From Alphaproteobacteria bacterium (GTDB taxonomy: Bacteria > Pseudomonadota > Alphaproteobacteria > Geminicoccales > Geminicoccaceae), in assembly GCA_041398025.1 (NCBI GenBank), contig JAWKVM010000006.1, positions 516 to 64,515 of the forward strand: a stretch of 64,000 nt of DNA, written 5' to 3'. The notes below the pieces were generated by a model. It saw only the letters and a program-made list of their open reading frames with translations. It was not told where the DNA came from and did not search any database. How positions within the stretch are numbered: position 1 is the first letter of the stretch; every line of letters begins with the position of its first letter. Below, one piece after another: positions 45,335-54,017 of the stretch. The position numbers and the translations under genes were made by a program.

Positions 45335-46119
45335 TGGCTTGGGACGACGAGCTCCCGCTCCTCACTGTCGACGGCCTCTCGAAAAACTTCGGCAGAACAA
45401 TTGCGGTCGACGATGTCAGCTTCGAGCTTTGGCCCGGCGAGGTGCTGGCCGTGGTCGGCGAGAGCGGATCGGGCAAGACGACGCTGCTCAATGGCCTCGG
45501 TGCCGGTCTGCCGGTGGATGCGGGACGTGTGCACTATCGAAAGCGCAGCGGCGAGGAGGTCGAGATCACCACGCTCGACGAGCCTGCGCGCCGGCTGCTC
45601 ACGCGGACCGAGTGGGGCTTCGTGCATCAAAACCCGCGCGACGGCCTTCGTCTCGGTGTGAGTGCCGGCGCCAATATCGGCGAGCGGCTTATGGCCGTGG
45701 GTGCGCGCCACTATGGCAAGATCAGAGGTGAGGCGCTGGCGTGGATGGCCAGGGTCGAGATCGATCGCAGCCGCATCGACGATCGGCCCGCCACCTTTTC
45801 CGGCGGCATGCAGCAGCGCCTGCAGATCGCACGCAATCTCGTGACCAGACCGGCTTTGATGTTCATGGACGAGCCGACCGGAGGGCTCGACGTTTCGGTG
45901 CAGGCGCGACTCCTCGATCTGCTGCGTCAGCTGGTCACGGAGCTGTCGCTCTCGGTGATTATCGTGACCCATGATCTTGCCGTCGCCCGGCTGCTGTCCC
46001 ATCGCATGATGGTCATGCAGCGAGGCCGCGTGGTCGAACTCGGGCTTACCGATCAAATCCTCGACGATCCGCAGCATGCCTACAGCCAGCTGCTGGTCTC
46101 GTCGATCCTCCAGGGCTGA
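45334..46119 (+). CDS. phnK: Phosphonate C-P lyase system ATP-binding protein PhnK
   Basis: The N-terminus is MAWDDELPLLTVDGLSKNFG. Walker A is GESGSGKTT. The signature is FSGGMQQRLQIARNL. Walker B is MFMDEPTGGLD. GGGAGGGAGGG precedes the ATG. Confidence 0.9.
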   Translation: MAWDDELPLLTVDGLSKNFGRTIAVDDVSFELWPGEVLAVVGESGSGKTTLLNGLGAGLPVDAGRVHYRKRSGEEVEITTLDEPARRLLTRTEWGFVHQNPRDGLRLGVSAGANIGERLMAVGARHYGKIRGEALAWMARVEIDRSRIDDRPATFSGGMQQRLQIARNLVTRPALMFMDEPTGGLDVSVQARLLDLLRQLVTELSLSVIIVTHDLAVARLLSHRMMVMQRGRVVELGLTDQILDDPQHAYSQLLVSSILQG

Positions 46120-46122
46120 CCG

Positions 46123-46845
46123 ATGACGCATGGCAAAGACGACGAGACGACGGCGGCAGTTCGACTGGAAGGGATCAAGAAGGGTTTCACGCTGCATCTG
46201 CAGGGGGGCGCTTCCATCCCGGTGTTCGACGGCATCGAATTCGAGGTCGATCCGGGAGAGTGCGTGGTACTGACCGGTGCGTCCGGTGTCGGCAAATCGA
46301 CGCTTATGAAGCTGATCTACGGCAATTATCGAGCCCTGGGCGGAAGGGTGCTGATCGACCATGGCGGGCAGATGATCGACCTGGTGAAGGCAAACCCTCG
46401 GACGATCATGAGCATTCGCCAGCGAACGCTCGGTTATGTCAGCCAGTTTCTGCGCTGCGTGCCGCGGGTTCCGGCGCGCGATGTCGTGGCGGAACCGCTT
46501 CTGACGCTTGGTGTGTCCCGCCGGCAGGCGCGTGAGCGCGCGGACGCTTTACTGACGAGGCTGAACATTCCGGAACGACTTTTGAATCTGCCGCCCGCGA
46601 CCTTTTCCGGCGGCGAGCAGCAGCGTGTCAACATCGCGCGCGGCTTCGTGCATGCCTATCCGATCCTTCTTCTCGACGAACCGACGGCATCGCTCGATGC
46701 CGACAATCGTGCCATTGTCGTCGACCTCATGGCGGAGGCGAAGGCACGGGGTACGGCGATGATCGGAATCTTTCATGACACCGACGTGCGCGATCAGATC
46801 GCCGATCGTCGCATCGCGCTCGAAACCGCGCGAGCGGCCGCATGA
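46123..46845 (+). CDS. phnL: Phosphonate C-P lyase system ATP-binding protein PhnL
   Basis: The 240-aa ORF has Walker A GASGVGKST, signature FSGGEQQRVNIARGF and Walker B LLLDEPTASLD. It sits between phnK and phnM. Confidence 0.9.
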   Translation: MTHGKDDETTAAVRLEGIKKGFTLHLQGGASIPVFDGIEFEVDPGECVVLTGASGVGKSTLMKLIYGNYRALGGRVLIDHGGQMIDLVKANPRTIMSIRQRTLGYVSQFLRCVPRVPARDVVAEPLLTLGVSRRQARERADALLTRLNIPERLLNLPPATFSGGEQQRVNIARGFVHAYPILLLDEPTASLDADNRAIVVDLMAEAKARGTAMIGIFHDTDVRDQIADRRIALETARAAA

Positions 46846-48014
46846 GATCCTGGCAGACGGAAGCGTCGTCCGGCGAGACCGGTTTCGCCAACGCGCGAAT
46901 CGTGCTCGCCGATGAGGTCGTTCACGGCAGCCTGAAGGTCGAGGATGGTGCGATCGTCGCGATCGATTCGGGCAGGAGTGTCATGCCGGGCGCGATCGAT
47001 CTCGATGGGGACTATCTCATCCCCGGCCTTATCGACCTGCATACCGACAATCTGGAGAAGCATTTTCAGCCGCGGAAGGGCGTGTTCTGGGATGGCGTGG
47101 CTGCGGCGCTCAGCCATGACGCTCAAGTCCTCGCTGCCGGCATCACGACGGTATTCGACAGCCTGACGTTGGGCGCAGCTGACGGTTGGGACAGCCGCAC
47201 CGAGATGGTGCAGCCGATGATCGATGGGATGACCGAGGCGCATGAGCACGGTCTGCTGCGGGCCGATCACTTTCTCCATCTGCGCTGCGAGGTGACGCAT
47301 CCGGCGATCACGTCGACCGTCGAACAGGTCGTCGATCATCCGCTCGTGCGCTTCATGTCGCTTATGGATCATGCCCCCGGTGATCGCCAAAGTCCCGACG
47401 TCGAGCGCTATCGCAGCTTCTACCTGCCTGCCTTCAACCACGATGAGTTGGCTCTCGATCGCCATATCGAAGACCTGGTGACCAAGTCGCGAACCATTGG
47501 CCCGGAAAACCGCCGAGCGCTCGCTGCTCTGGGACAAGTCCGCGCTGTTCCCCTTGCGAGCCATGACGATTCCAGAATCGAGCATGTCGAGGAAGCCGCC
47601 GAGCTCGGCTGTACCATGACCGAATTCCCGACGACCGTCGAAGCCGCGTCCGCAGCGCGCGCTCTTGGGCTCAAGGTTCTGATGGGTGGCCCCAATTTGA
47701 TCCGCGGCGGATCGCACACCGGCAACGTCGCTGCGGGTGATCTCGCAAGCAGCGGGCATTTGAACATCTTCGCATCGGACTATATCCCGAGCAGCATGCT
47801 CGCCGCCGCGTTCAAGCTGACCGAAGCACCGTTCTCCTGGGCCCTGCCAAGAGCCGTGCAAACAGTGACCAGGGAACCGGCCGAAGCGACAGGCCTCGGC
47901 GCAAACCGCGGCACGATCGCGCCAGGACTGCGCGCTGATCTCGTGCGCGTTGCCTTGATCAATCGGAGGCCCGTGGTGCGGGCCGTCTGGAGGCAGGGGG
48001 CCCGGATTCTTTAG
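46842..48014 (+). CDS. phnM: Alpha-D-ribose 1-methylphosphonate 5-triphosphate diphosphatase PhnM (amidohydrolase fold)
   Basis: The 390-aa ORF has the amidohydrolase HxH motif (LIDLHTDNLEKH). Further PhnM blocks are HDDS...HV and SDYIPSSML. An ATGA-type overlap links it to phnL. Confidence 0.9.
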   Translation: MRSWQTEASSGETGFANARIVLADEVVHGSLKVEDGAIVAIDSGRSVMPGAIDLDGDYLIPGLIDLHTDNLEKHFQPRKGVFWDGVAAALSHDAQVLAAGITTVFDSLTLGAADGWDSRTEMVQPMIDGMTEAHEHGLLRADHFLHLRCEVTHPAITSTVEQVVDHPLVRFMSLMDHAPGDRQSPDVERYRSFYLPAFNHDELALDRHIEDLVTKSRTIGPENRRALAALGQVRAVPLASHDDSRIEHVEEAAELGCTMTEFPTTVEAASAARALGLKVLMGGPNLIRGGSHTGNVAAGDLASSGHLNIFASDYIPSSMLAAAFKLTEAPFSWALPRAVQTVTREPAEATGLGANRGTIAPGLRADLVRVALINRRPVVRAVWRQGARIL

Positions 48015-48032
48015 GGGCTGCCGGCCTTGTCT

Positions 48033-48431
48033 TCACGCGATCTCGAGGTTTCGGGCTTCGTCTTTATCAAAATCAATATGAATGTGATTGCCGTCCGGAT
48101 CCCAGATATTGACCTGAACGATCGGAAAGTCCGGCACCTTGGCAAGCCTGCAGTCGATCCCCTCGGACTTCAGGTGTTCGAGAAACTCAACGAGTCCGCT
48201 CGCCGACAGTGCGAAATGCTCGAGGCGCAGATCATCCTGGTGGGCGGGCAGGGCGCGATCGACCCCGACCAGGTGGAGATAGGGTTTGTCGCCGACATAC
48301 ATCCAGGCACCGGGAAAGTCGAAGCCCGGCCGCCTTCCTTGCTTCATTCCCAGAATGCGGTCGTACCATTCGATCATCTCGTCCAGATTGCGTGTCCGGA
48401 CGTTGACGTGATCGAGCGTGGCCAGCTTCAT
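48033..48431 (-). CDS. VOC/glyoxalase-family protein
   Basis: The sequence MKLATLDHVNVRTRNLDEMIEWYDRILGM...HFALSASGLVEFLEHLKSEGI...IWDPDGNHIHIDF shows the classic paired beta-alpha-beta-beta-beta VOC motifs. I chose the start at ATG 48431. Confidence 0.8.
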   Translation of the reverse strand: MKLATLDHVNVRTRNLDEMIEWYDRILGMKQGRRPGFDFPGAWMYVGDKPYLHLVGVDRALPAHQDDLRLEHFALSASGLVEFLEHLKSEGIDCRLAKVPDFPIVQVNIWDPDGNHIHIDFDKDEARNLEIA

Positions 48432-48528
48432 TCCTGCCTCCCTTTCGAGGAATTTTCGAACGTCTTCCGTTGAGTTTTTGTCGCCATGCGCTGGATTGCA
48501 AGCGTCAACGCCGGACCGATGATCGCGA

Positions 48529-49299
48529 TCAGGCGGTTTCGAGTGCTTCGCGGCTGTAGCCCTGGCTTGCCCGGTAGAGCTGCTGCGCATAGCCAGTCTC
48601 GAAGGCACCGTCCTCGAGCACGGCGCCGTCCGCGAATTCCAGGATGCGGCCCTGCTGCATGACCGCGAGCCGGTCGCACATATGGCCGATCACGCCGAGA
48701 TTGTGGCTGACCAGCACGAAGGTAAGCGCGAGCGACTGGCGAAGCTCGACCAGCAGGTTCAGGATTTCCGCTTGGATCGAGACGTCCAGCGCGGAGGTCG
48801 GCTCGTCGAGCAGCAGCGTTTCCGGCTCCAGAATCAACGCGCGCGCGACCGCCACGCGCTGGCGCTGGCCGCCGGAGAGCTGGTGGGGAAAGCGAAAGCG
48901 GAATTCCGGGCCGAGACGGACCTGGTCCAGCGCTTCCAGGATGCGGCGCTCGCGCTCGTCCATGCGGTGGATCGCGAGCGGCTCGCGCAGGGTCTGGTCG
49001 ACGGTCTGGCGCGGGTGCAGCGAGCCGAACGGGTCCTGAAACACCATCTGCACTTTTTTGTGGAATGCCAGTTTTTGTCGACTTGCCAGGGCCTCACCAT
49101 CATAAGTGATTGTGCCTTGCCAGTTCGGATTCAGGCCGGCGAGCGCTCTCAAGATGGTCGACTTTCCCGACCCGCTCTCGCCCACCAGCCCAAAGGATTC
49201 TTTTGACCCGACCTCGAAGCTGACGTCCTTGACCGCATCGACGCGGTCTGCGCCGCTGCCAAAGCTGATGTCGAGATTCGCAACGCTGATCAACGTCAT
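48529..49299 (-). CDS. ABC transporter ATP-binding protein (DppF/OppF-like)
   Basis: Walker A is GESGSGKST. The signature is LSGGQRQRVAVARAL. Walker B is LLLDEPTSALD. Confidence 0.9.
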   Translation of the reverse strand: MTLISVANLDISFGSGADRVDAVKDVSFEVGSKESFGLVGESGSGKSTILRALAGLNPNWQGTITYDGEALASRQKLAFHKKVQMVFQDPFGSLHPRQTVDQTLREPLAIHRMDERERRILEALDQVRLGPEFRFRFPHQLSGGQRQRVAVARALILEPETLLLDEPTSALDVSIQAEILNLLVELRQSLALTFVLVSHNLGVIGHMCDRLAVMQQGRILEFADGAVLEDGAFETGYAQQLYRASQGYSREALETA

Positions 49300-50150
49300 G
49301 GCCGTGGCGCCTCGCCGCCGAGCCAGGCGGTGTCGCGCTGCATGACGCGTAGCGGCCGGCCGCGGGTCCTGGCGCTCGGCAGGCAGGCCATCAGGCCCTG
49401 GGTGTAGGGGTGCTTCGCCTCGTGCAGGTTGCTCGCTTCGAGAGTTTCGACGATGCGACCAGCATACATCACCAGGATGCGGTCGCAGAAGGTGGCGACC
49501 AGCTCCAGGTCGTGGCTGATCAGGATGAGGCCCATGCCGCGCTCCTGCACGAGCCGGTCCATGATGCGCAGCACGGTCTGCTGCACGGTGACGTCGAGGG
49601 CGGAGGTCGGCTCGTCAGCGATCAGCAGATCGGGGCCGGGGAGCAGCATCATGGCGATCATCGCCCGTTGCCCCATGCCGCCCGAGAGCTCGTGGGGAAA
49701 AGCGCGGTAGACGCGTTCCGGGTCGTCGATCTGCACCGCCTCGAGCATATCCAGGGCGCGGCGGCGTGCGTCGCTCGACGACACCCGTTCATGGGCGCGC
49801 AGCGCCTCGACCAGTTGCTTGCCGATGCGCATGACCGGATTGAGCGAGAACTTCGGATCCTGCATCACCATGCCGATCCCCCCGCCCCGAAGGCTGCGAC
49901 GCGCAGCAGCGTTGACTTTAAGCAGGTCCATGTCCTGGAAGCGCAGTGTTTCGGCCTCGACCTTGCCGTCGGTCAGCCCGAGGATCGCCCGCCCGGTCTG
50001 CGACTTCCCCGATCCACTCTCCCCAACGATCCCGAGCTTCTCCCGCCCCATCGCGAACGACACTGCGCGCACCGCCTCGATCAAACGGCCGCGCTCTTCG
50101 AAGGTCACGCGAAGATTCCGAACTTCAAGCAGAGTCTCAGGCAAGTTCAC
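49296..50150 (-). CDS. ABC transporter ATP-binding protein (DppD/OppD-like)
   Basis: The ORF begins at GTG 50150 (a GTGA overlap with the permease stop): VNLPETLLEVRNLRVTF...GIVGESGSGKSQT...LSGGMGQRAMIAMML...LLIADEPTSALD. The rest of the 618-aa track ORF lies out of frame over the permease gene. Confidence 0.9.
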   Translation of the reverse strand: MNLPETLLEVRNLRVTFEERGRLIEAVRAVSFAMGREKLGIVGESGSGKSQTGRAILGLTDGKVEAETLRFQDMDLLKVNAAARRSLRGGGIGMVMQDPKFSLNPVMRIGKQLVEALRAHERVSSSDARRRALDMLEAVQIDDPERVYRAFPHELSGGMGQRAMIAMMLLPGPDLLIADEPTSALDVTVQQTVLRIMDRLVQERGMGLILISHDLELVATFCDRILVMYAGRIVETLEASNLHEAKHPYTQGLMACLPSARTRGRPLRVMQRDTAWLGGEAPRP

Positions 50151-51094
50151 GCCCCCGCGCGTCGCGGGTCGAGGACGTCGCGGAGGCCGTCGCCGAGGAG
50201 GTTGAAGCCGAGGGAGGTGATGAAGATGGCGAGGCCGGGCATGGTGGCGACCCACCATTGCTGCAGGAGATATTGGCGGCCCGACGAGATCATGGCGCCC
50301 CATTCGGGAAGGGGGGGCTGGGCGCCGAGGCCGAGGAAGCCCAGGCCGGCGGCGGTGAGGATGATGCCGGCCATGTCGAGGGTGAGGCGGACGATCAGGG
50401 ACGACATGCACATGGGCACGATGTGGCGGCCAATGATTCTCGCGGGGGACGCCCCCTGGATACGCACGGCTGATATGTAGTCGGCCTGGCGGACGGTCAG
50501 GGTCTCGGCGCGCGCCATGCGGGCGTAGGGCGGCCAGACGGTGATTGCGATGGCGAGCACAGCGTTCTCGATGCCGGGGCCGAGGGCGGCGACGAAGGCG
50601 AGCGCCAGGATCAGGCGCGGGAAGGCCAGAAAAATGTCGGTGATGCGCATCAATATGCGGTCGACCCAGCCGCCCATATAGCCCGCGACCGTCCCGACCG
50701 TGAGGCCGACCGGACCGACCACGATCGCGACGATGAAGATGATGTAGAGGGTGAGGCGGGAGCCATGGACGATGCGCGACCAGATGTCCCGGCCAAGTTC
50801 GTCTGTGCCCAGCCAGTGCGCGGCGGACGGCGGCTGCAGGCGGTCGGCAAGCACCTGCACCGTCGGCGCGTGGGTGGCGAGGAGCGGGGCGAAGAGGGCG
50901 GTGAGCAACAGGAGTACAATGATGCCGAGGCCGATCATCGCGGTGATGTTGCCGCGGAAGTTCAGCCAGGCGGTATAGAAACGTCCCAGCCTCGCCTGGC
51001 TTGGCGAGGTCGGGGTCTCGCTGAGAAGCCAATCGCGCCAAGTCACATCCTGATTTGATGAGGTCGAAAGTCGACCATGTGGCGGCGCCACCAT
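50147..51094 (-). CDS. ABC transporter permease (DppC/OppC-like)
   Basis: The 315-aa ORF has 6 TM segments and the EAA loop (SAVRIQGASPARIIGRHIVPM). Confidence 0.85.
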   Translation of the reverse strand: MVAPPHGRLSTSSNQDVTWRDWLLSETPTSPSQARLGRFYTAWLNFRGNITAMIGLGIIVLLLLTALFAPLLATHAPTVQVLADRLQPPSAAHWLGTDELGRDIWSRIVHGSRLTLYIIFIVAIVVGPVGLTVGTVAGYMGGWVDRILMRITDIFLAFPRLILALAFVAALGPGIENAVLAIAITVWPPYARMARAETLTVRQADYISAVRIQGASPARIIGRHIVPMCMSSLIVRLTLDMAGIILTAAGLGFLGLGAQPPLPEWGAMISSGRQYLLQQWWVATMPGLAIFITSLGFNLLGDGLRDVLDPRRAGA

Positions 51095-52101
51095 CAGCGA
51101 GCCCTCGGATCGAGCGTTCGATACAGCACGTCGGACAGGAGATTGAGTCCAATAAAGACCATGCCCACGACGATCGTGCCGCCGAGCACCGCGTTCATGT
51201 CGGCGTTCAGGAGGGAGTTGGTGATGTAGAGGCCGAGGCCTGGCCAGGCGAACACGGTTTCCGTCAGAACGGAGCCCTCCAGGAGGTTTGCGTAGGAAAG
51301 GGCGACGACGGTCACCAGCGGCACGGCGGTGTTACGCAGCGCGTGCAGCCAGATCACTTTCCACTCGGCGAGACCCTTGGCGCGCGCCGTGGTGATATAT
51401 TCCTGGCCGAGCTGCTCGAGCATCAGGCTGCGGGTCATGCGGCTGATATAGGCGAGGCTGTAATAGCCGAGGATCGAGGCCGGCAGGATCAGGTGGGACA
51501 GCGCATTGCCAAAAACCTCCCAGTCGTCGGCGATTACCGCGTCTATCAGGATCACGCCCGTAACGGCAGGAACGAGGTCTTCATAAAAAATGTCGAGCCG
51601 TCCCGGCCCCGGTACCCAGTCGAGCCTGGCGTAAAACAGCAAGAGCCCGAGCAGACCCAGCCAGAACACCGGCATCGAATAGCCGACCAGCCCGAAAATG
51701 CGCACGAGATGATCCGGCCATTGCCCATGCCAGACGGCCGCCGCCACGCCTGCGGGAATGCCCACGGCCAGCCCGATCAGTACAGCCACTGTCGACAGCT
51801 CCAAGGTCGCAGGAAACACGCGAAAAATGTCCGAAAGAACCGGCTGTGCGGTCAGCACGCTCTTGCCGAGATCGCCCCTGAACACGTCGGCGACATAGAG
51901 GAAAAACTGCTGCCAGAGCGGCAGATGCAGCCCCATCTCGATGCGCACGCGCTCATAGACGTCGGGAGGTGCCCGATCGCCGACGGCGGCCAGGACGGGG
52001 TCGATCGGCACCACCCGGCCGATCACGAAGGTAACAAATACAAGGCCGAGGAACGTCAGCAATAGGGTGCCGACAAGTAGAAAAAAAGATTTGAGGGGCA
52101 C
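51094..52101 (-). CDS. ABC transporter permease (DppB/OppB-like)
   Basis: The 335-aa ORF has a typical DppB N-terminus (FVTFVIGRVVPIDPV) and the EAA loop (YITTARAKGLAEWKVIWLHALRN). Confidence 0.9.
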   Translation of the reverse strand: MPLKSFFLLVGTLLLTFLGLVFVTFVIGRVVPIDPVLAAVGDRAPPDVYERVRIEMGLHLPLWQQFFLYVADVFRGDLGKSVLTAQPVLSDIFRVFPATLELSTVAVLIGLAVGIPAGVAAAVWHGQWPDHLVRIFGLVGYSMPVFWLGLLGLLLFYARLDWVPGPGRLDIFYEDLVPAVTGVILIDAVIADDWEVFGNALSHLILPASILGYYSLAYISRMTRSLMLEQLGQEYITTARAKGLAEWKVIWLHALRNTAVPLVTVVALSYANLLEGSVLTETVFAWPGLGLYITNSLLNADMNAVLGGTIVVGMVFIGLNLLSDVLYRTLDPRAR

Positions 52102-52107
52102 GGCCCC

Positions 52108-52653
52108 TCACCCGTTGACGTTGCCGGAGACTGGCATGTTGCCGATCGCTTCGTGGCGGACGATGGCGCCGGGCTCGATGCCCAAAAGGCGCGTGGTGCC
52201 GGCGGGGACCTCCAGGACGTAGCGTACCGGACCGGCGGAGCTCACGATCGCCTCGGAATGGGGGACGGTGTCATGGGCGATATTCACCACCTCGCCGCCA
52301 TTGGCGATGAACAGCATGTCCAGCGGAATGTAAGTATTGCGCATCCACATCGCGACCGGCTGCGCGCGTCCGAAATCGAACAGCATTCCGGCATCCGGCG
52401 CCATCTCCCGCCGATACATCAACCCAACCCGCCGCTCTTCAGGCTCCGCCGCCAGCTCGACGTTGAAGCGGAAGGTCCGCTCGCCTGACTCGAGGACGAG
52501 CTCGCTCTTCTCCAGCACCTGCGGCTGGCCTTCGGCTGCCGCCGTTGCCACCGGCAATTGGTTGACGGACAGAAGAACGAGCACCAGAAGAACGGCGCAT
52601 CGCCCTATGCCTCGCCGAAGGGAAGTTGCTGCGCCATCCATCGCCGTTTCCAT
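52108..52653 (-). CDS. DUF192 (COG1430) periplasmic protein
   Basis: A signal-like segment RCAVLLVLVLLSV is followed by FNVELAAEPEERRVGLMYRREMAPDAGMLFDF...MWMRNTYIPLDMLFI...HSEAIV...YVLEVPAG, the DUF192 core. The start is uncertain (52653 up to 52734). Confidence 0.75.
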   Translation of the reverse strand: METAMDGAATSLRRGIGRCAVLLVLVLLSVNQLPVATAAAEGQPQVLEKSELVLESGERTFRFNVELAAEPEERRVGLMYRREMAPDAGMLFDFGRAQPVAMWMRNTYIPLDMLFIANGGEVVNIAHDTVPHSEAIVSSAGPVRYVLEVPAGTTRLLGIEPGAIVRHEAIGNMPVSGNVNG

Positions 52654-52892
52654 GCTTGCCTGTCCCGATCGAGAAGGCATCATGTTATGCAGAGACTTCG
52701 CGCCAACAACAAGAAACCTCTGCGAAAGGTGCAAGAGGTGCAGCTTTCATCCGAGATGCTTGATGGCGACGACCACCATGGGCATCAAGCCCAGCGAGCA
52801 ATCAGGGAGGCACGAAACGGCTGCTGCTCATGGCCAGAGAAAATGCCGACAATGGCGCAAGCCGCAGCCAATCGCCGCCGGGTCGACCGCAC

Positions 52893-53963
52893 TCAAACGT
52901 CGTGAGCCGATGGTCTGACCTGACCTCGGCGGTTCAGCAGCCGATCGGTGAGGCCGGCTGCGACGGCCATGCTGGCGAGCGCGATCAGCGCGGTCAGCGC
53001 CAGGACCGAACAGCCGGTCATGCCGGCGCCGACGGAGCAGCCGCCGGCGAGCATCGAACCGAAGCCCATCAGGGCGGCGCCGATCAGATAGCGCGGCAGG
53101 CCGACACCGGCTTCGAAGCCCTCGATCCTGAACTCGCCGGTCGCAAAGGCCGCCAGGAAAGACCCGGCAAAGACACCCGGAACCAGACCGATATCGAAGG
53201 AATAGGTCAGTTCGGGATTGTTGATCAGCGCCATCAGCGTGTCGGCGGACGGTCCGGAAAAGCTGAAGCTCTTGACCGGGATCACCTCGAAGGACTGGGT
53301 CGCGAGCAGGCTGGTGAACGCCCAGCCGGCGACGATTGCGAGGCCGACCGTCAGCGCGCAGACCCATGCGAGCGGTCGAAGACCGGCATGGAAGGCGATA
53401 GCGACGGCCAGGGTCAGGCCGGCGAGCGCCATGCCCAGGATGAGCCAGTCGGGGAGCGTCATCAGCGAGGCGCGCCAGTCAGTGCTCATGATCTGCAGCG
53501 AGGCGAGCTCGAGGCGGAGCGGCGAGAGGATGCCGCGCAGCGAGGCCTGGGCGACCACAGTCAGCACCAGGCCGGCGACCAGCGCCCGCAGATTGCCGGT
53601 CGCCGAGAGCACCAGAAGCCTGCCGGCGCAGCCGCGGGCCAGAGCCATGCCGACACCGAAGACGATGCCGCCGATCAGGGCGCCTGAAAGCGTGCCCGTG
53701 GTCGTGAGCTGGCGCACCGATGATATGTCGAGCACCCCCGAGACGCGCAGCCATTGGGTGCCGAGCAGGGCCGCGAAGAACGCCAGCATCCAGACGCCGA
53801 GCGCGCCGCCGAGCCGGCCCTGCCAAAGCTCGATCGAGGACGAGCGCAGGCAGAAGCGGCTTTGCTGGGCCGCAGCGCCGAACACCAGACCGATGACGAG
53901 CCCGCCAAGAGCGGCGGTTTTGAAATCACCGAGGGTGTCGATGACAAAGCTCAGATCGAGCAT
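52893..53963 (-). CDS. YeeE/YedE-family membrane protein (putative sulfur-compound transporter)
   Basis: The 356-aa ORF carries two copies of the YeeE/YedE signature with conserved Cys (AAQQSRFCLRSS; ARGCAGRLL; LAGGCSVGAGM). Confidence 0.8.
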   Translation of the reverse strand: MLDLSFVIDTLGDFKTAALGGLVIGLVFGAAAQQSRFCLRSSSIELWQGRLGGALGVWMLAFFAALLGTQWLRVSGVLDISSVRQLTTTGTLSGALIGGIVFGVGMALARGCAGRLLVLSATGNLRALVAGLVLTVVAQASLRGILSPLRLELASLQIMSTDWRASLMTLPDWLILGMALAGLTLAVAIAFHAGLRPLAWVCALTVGLAIVAGWAFTSLLATQSFEVIPVKSFSFSGPSADTLMALINNPELTYSFDIGLVPGVFAGSFLAAFATGEFRIEGFEAGVGLPRYLIGAALMGFGSMLAGGCSVGAGMTGCSVLALTALIALASMAVAAGLTDRLLNRRGQVRPSAHDV

Positions 53964-54017
53964 CGGCGGATCGTTGGACGATGAGCGCCAGGTTTCTTGC
54001 CGACCACTTTCATCGGC

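Noticed and set aside
44326-46119. A 597-aa ORF that looks like a natural PhnJ-PhnK fusion protein.
   Set aside because: The junction peptide (CSPVQTRTTARRDAPRTSRAGTGRRARSVSTRRGGRDL) is frame-shifted nonsense. The true PhnJ C-terminal blocks lie in other frames, and phnK has its own strong RBS and ATG at 45334.
49296-51152. A 618-aa minus-strand ORF and the other extended ORF-track starts (for example 7752-8726, 37293-38807, 38605-39564, 39568-41298).
   Set aside because: In each case the conserved protein begins at an internal start that has an RBS or stop-start overlap. The upstream extension is low-complexity or overlaps the preceding gene out of frame.
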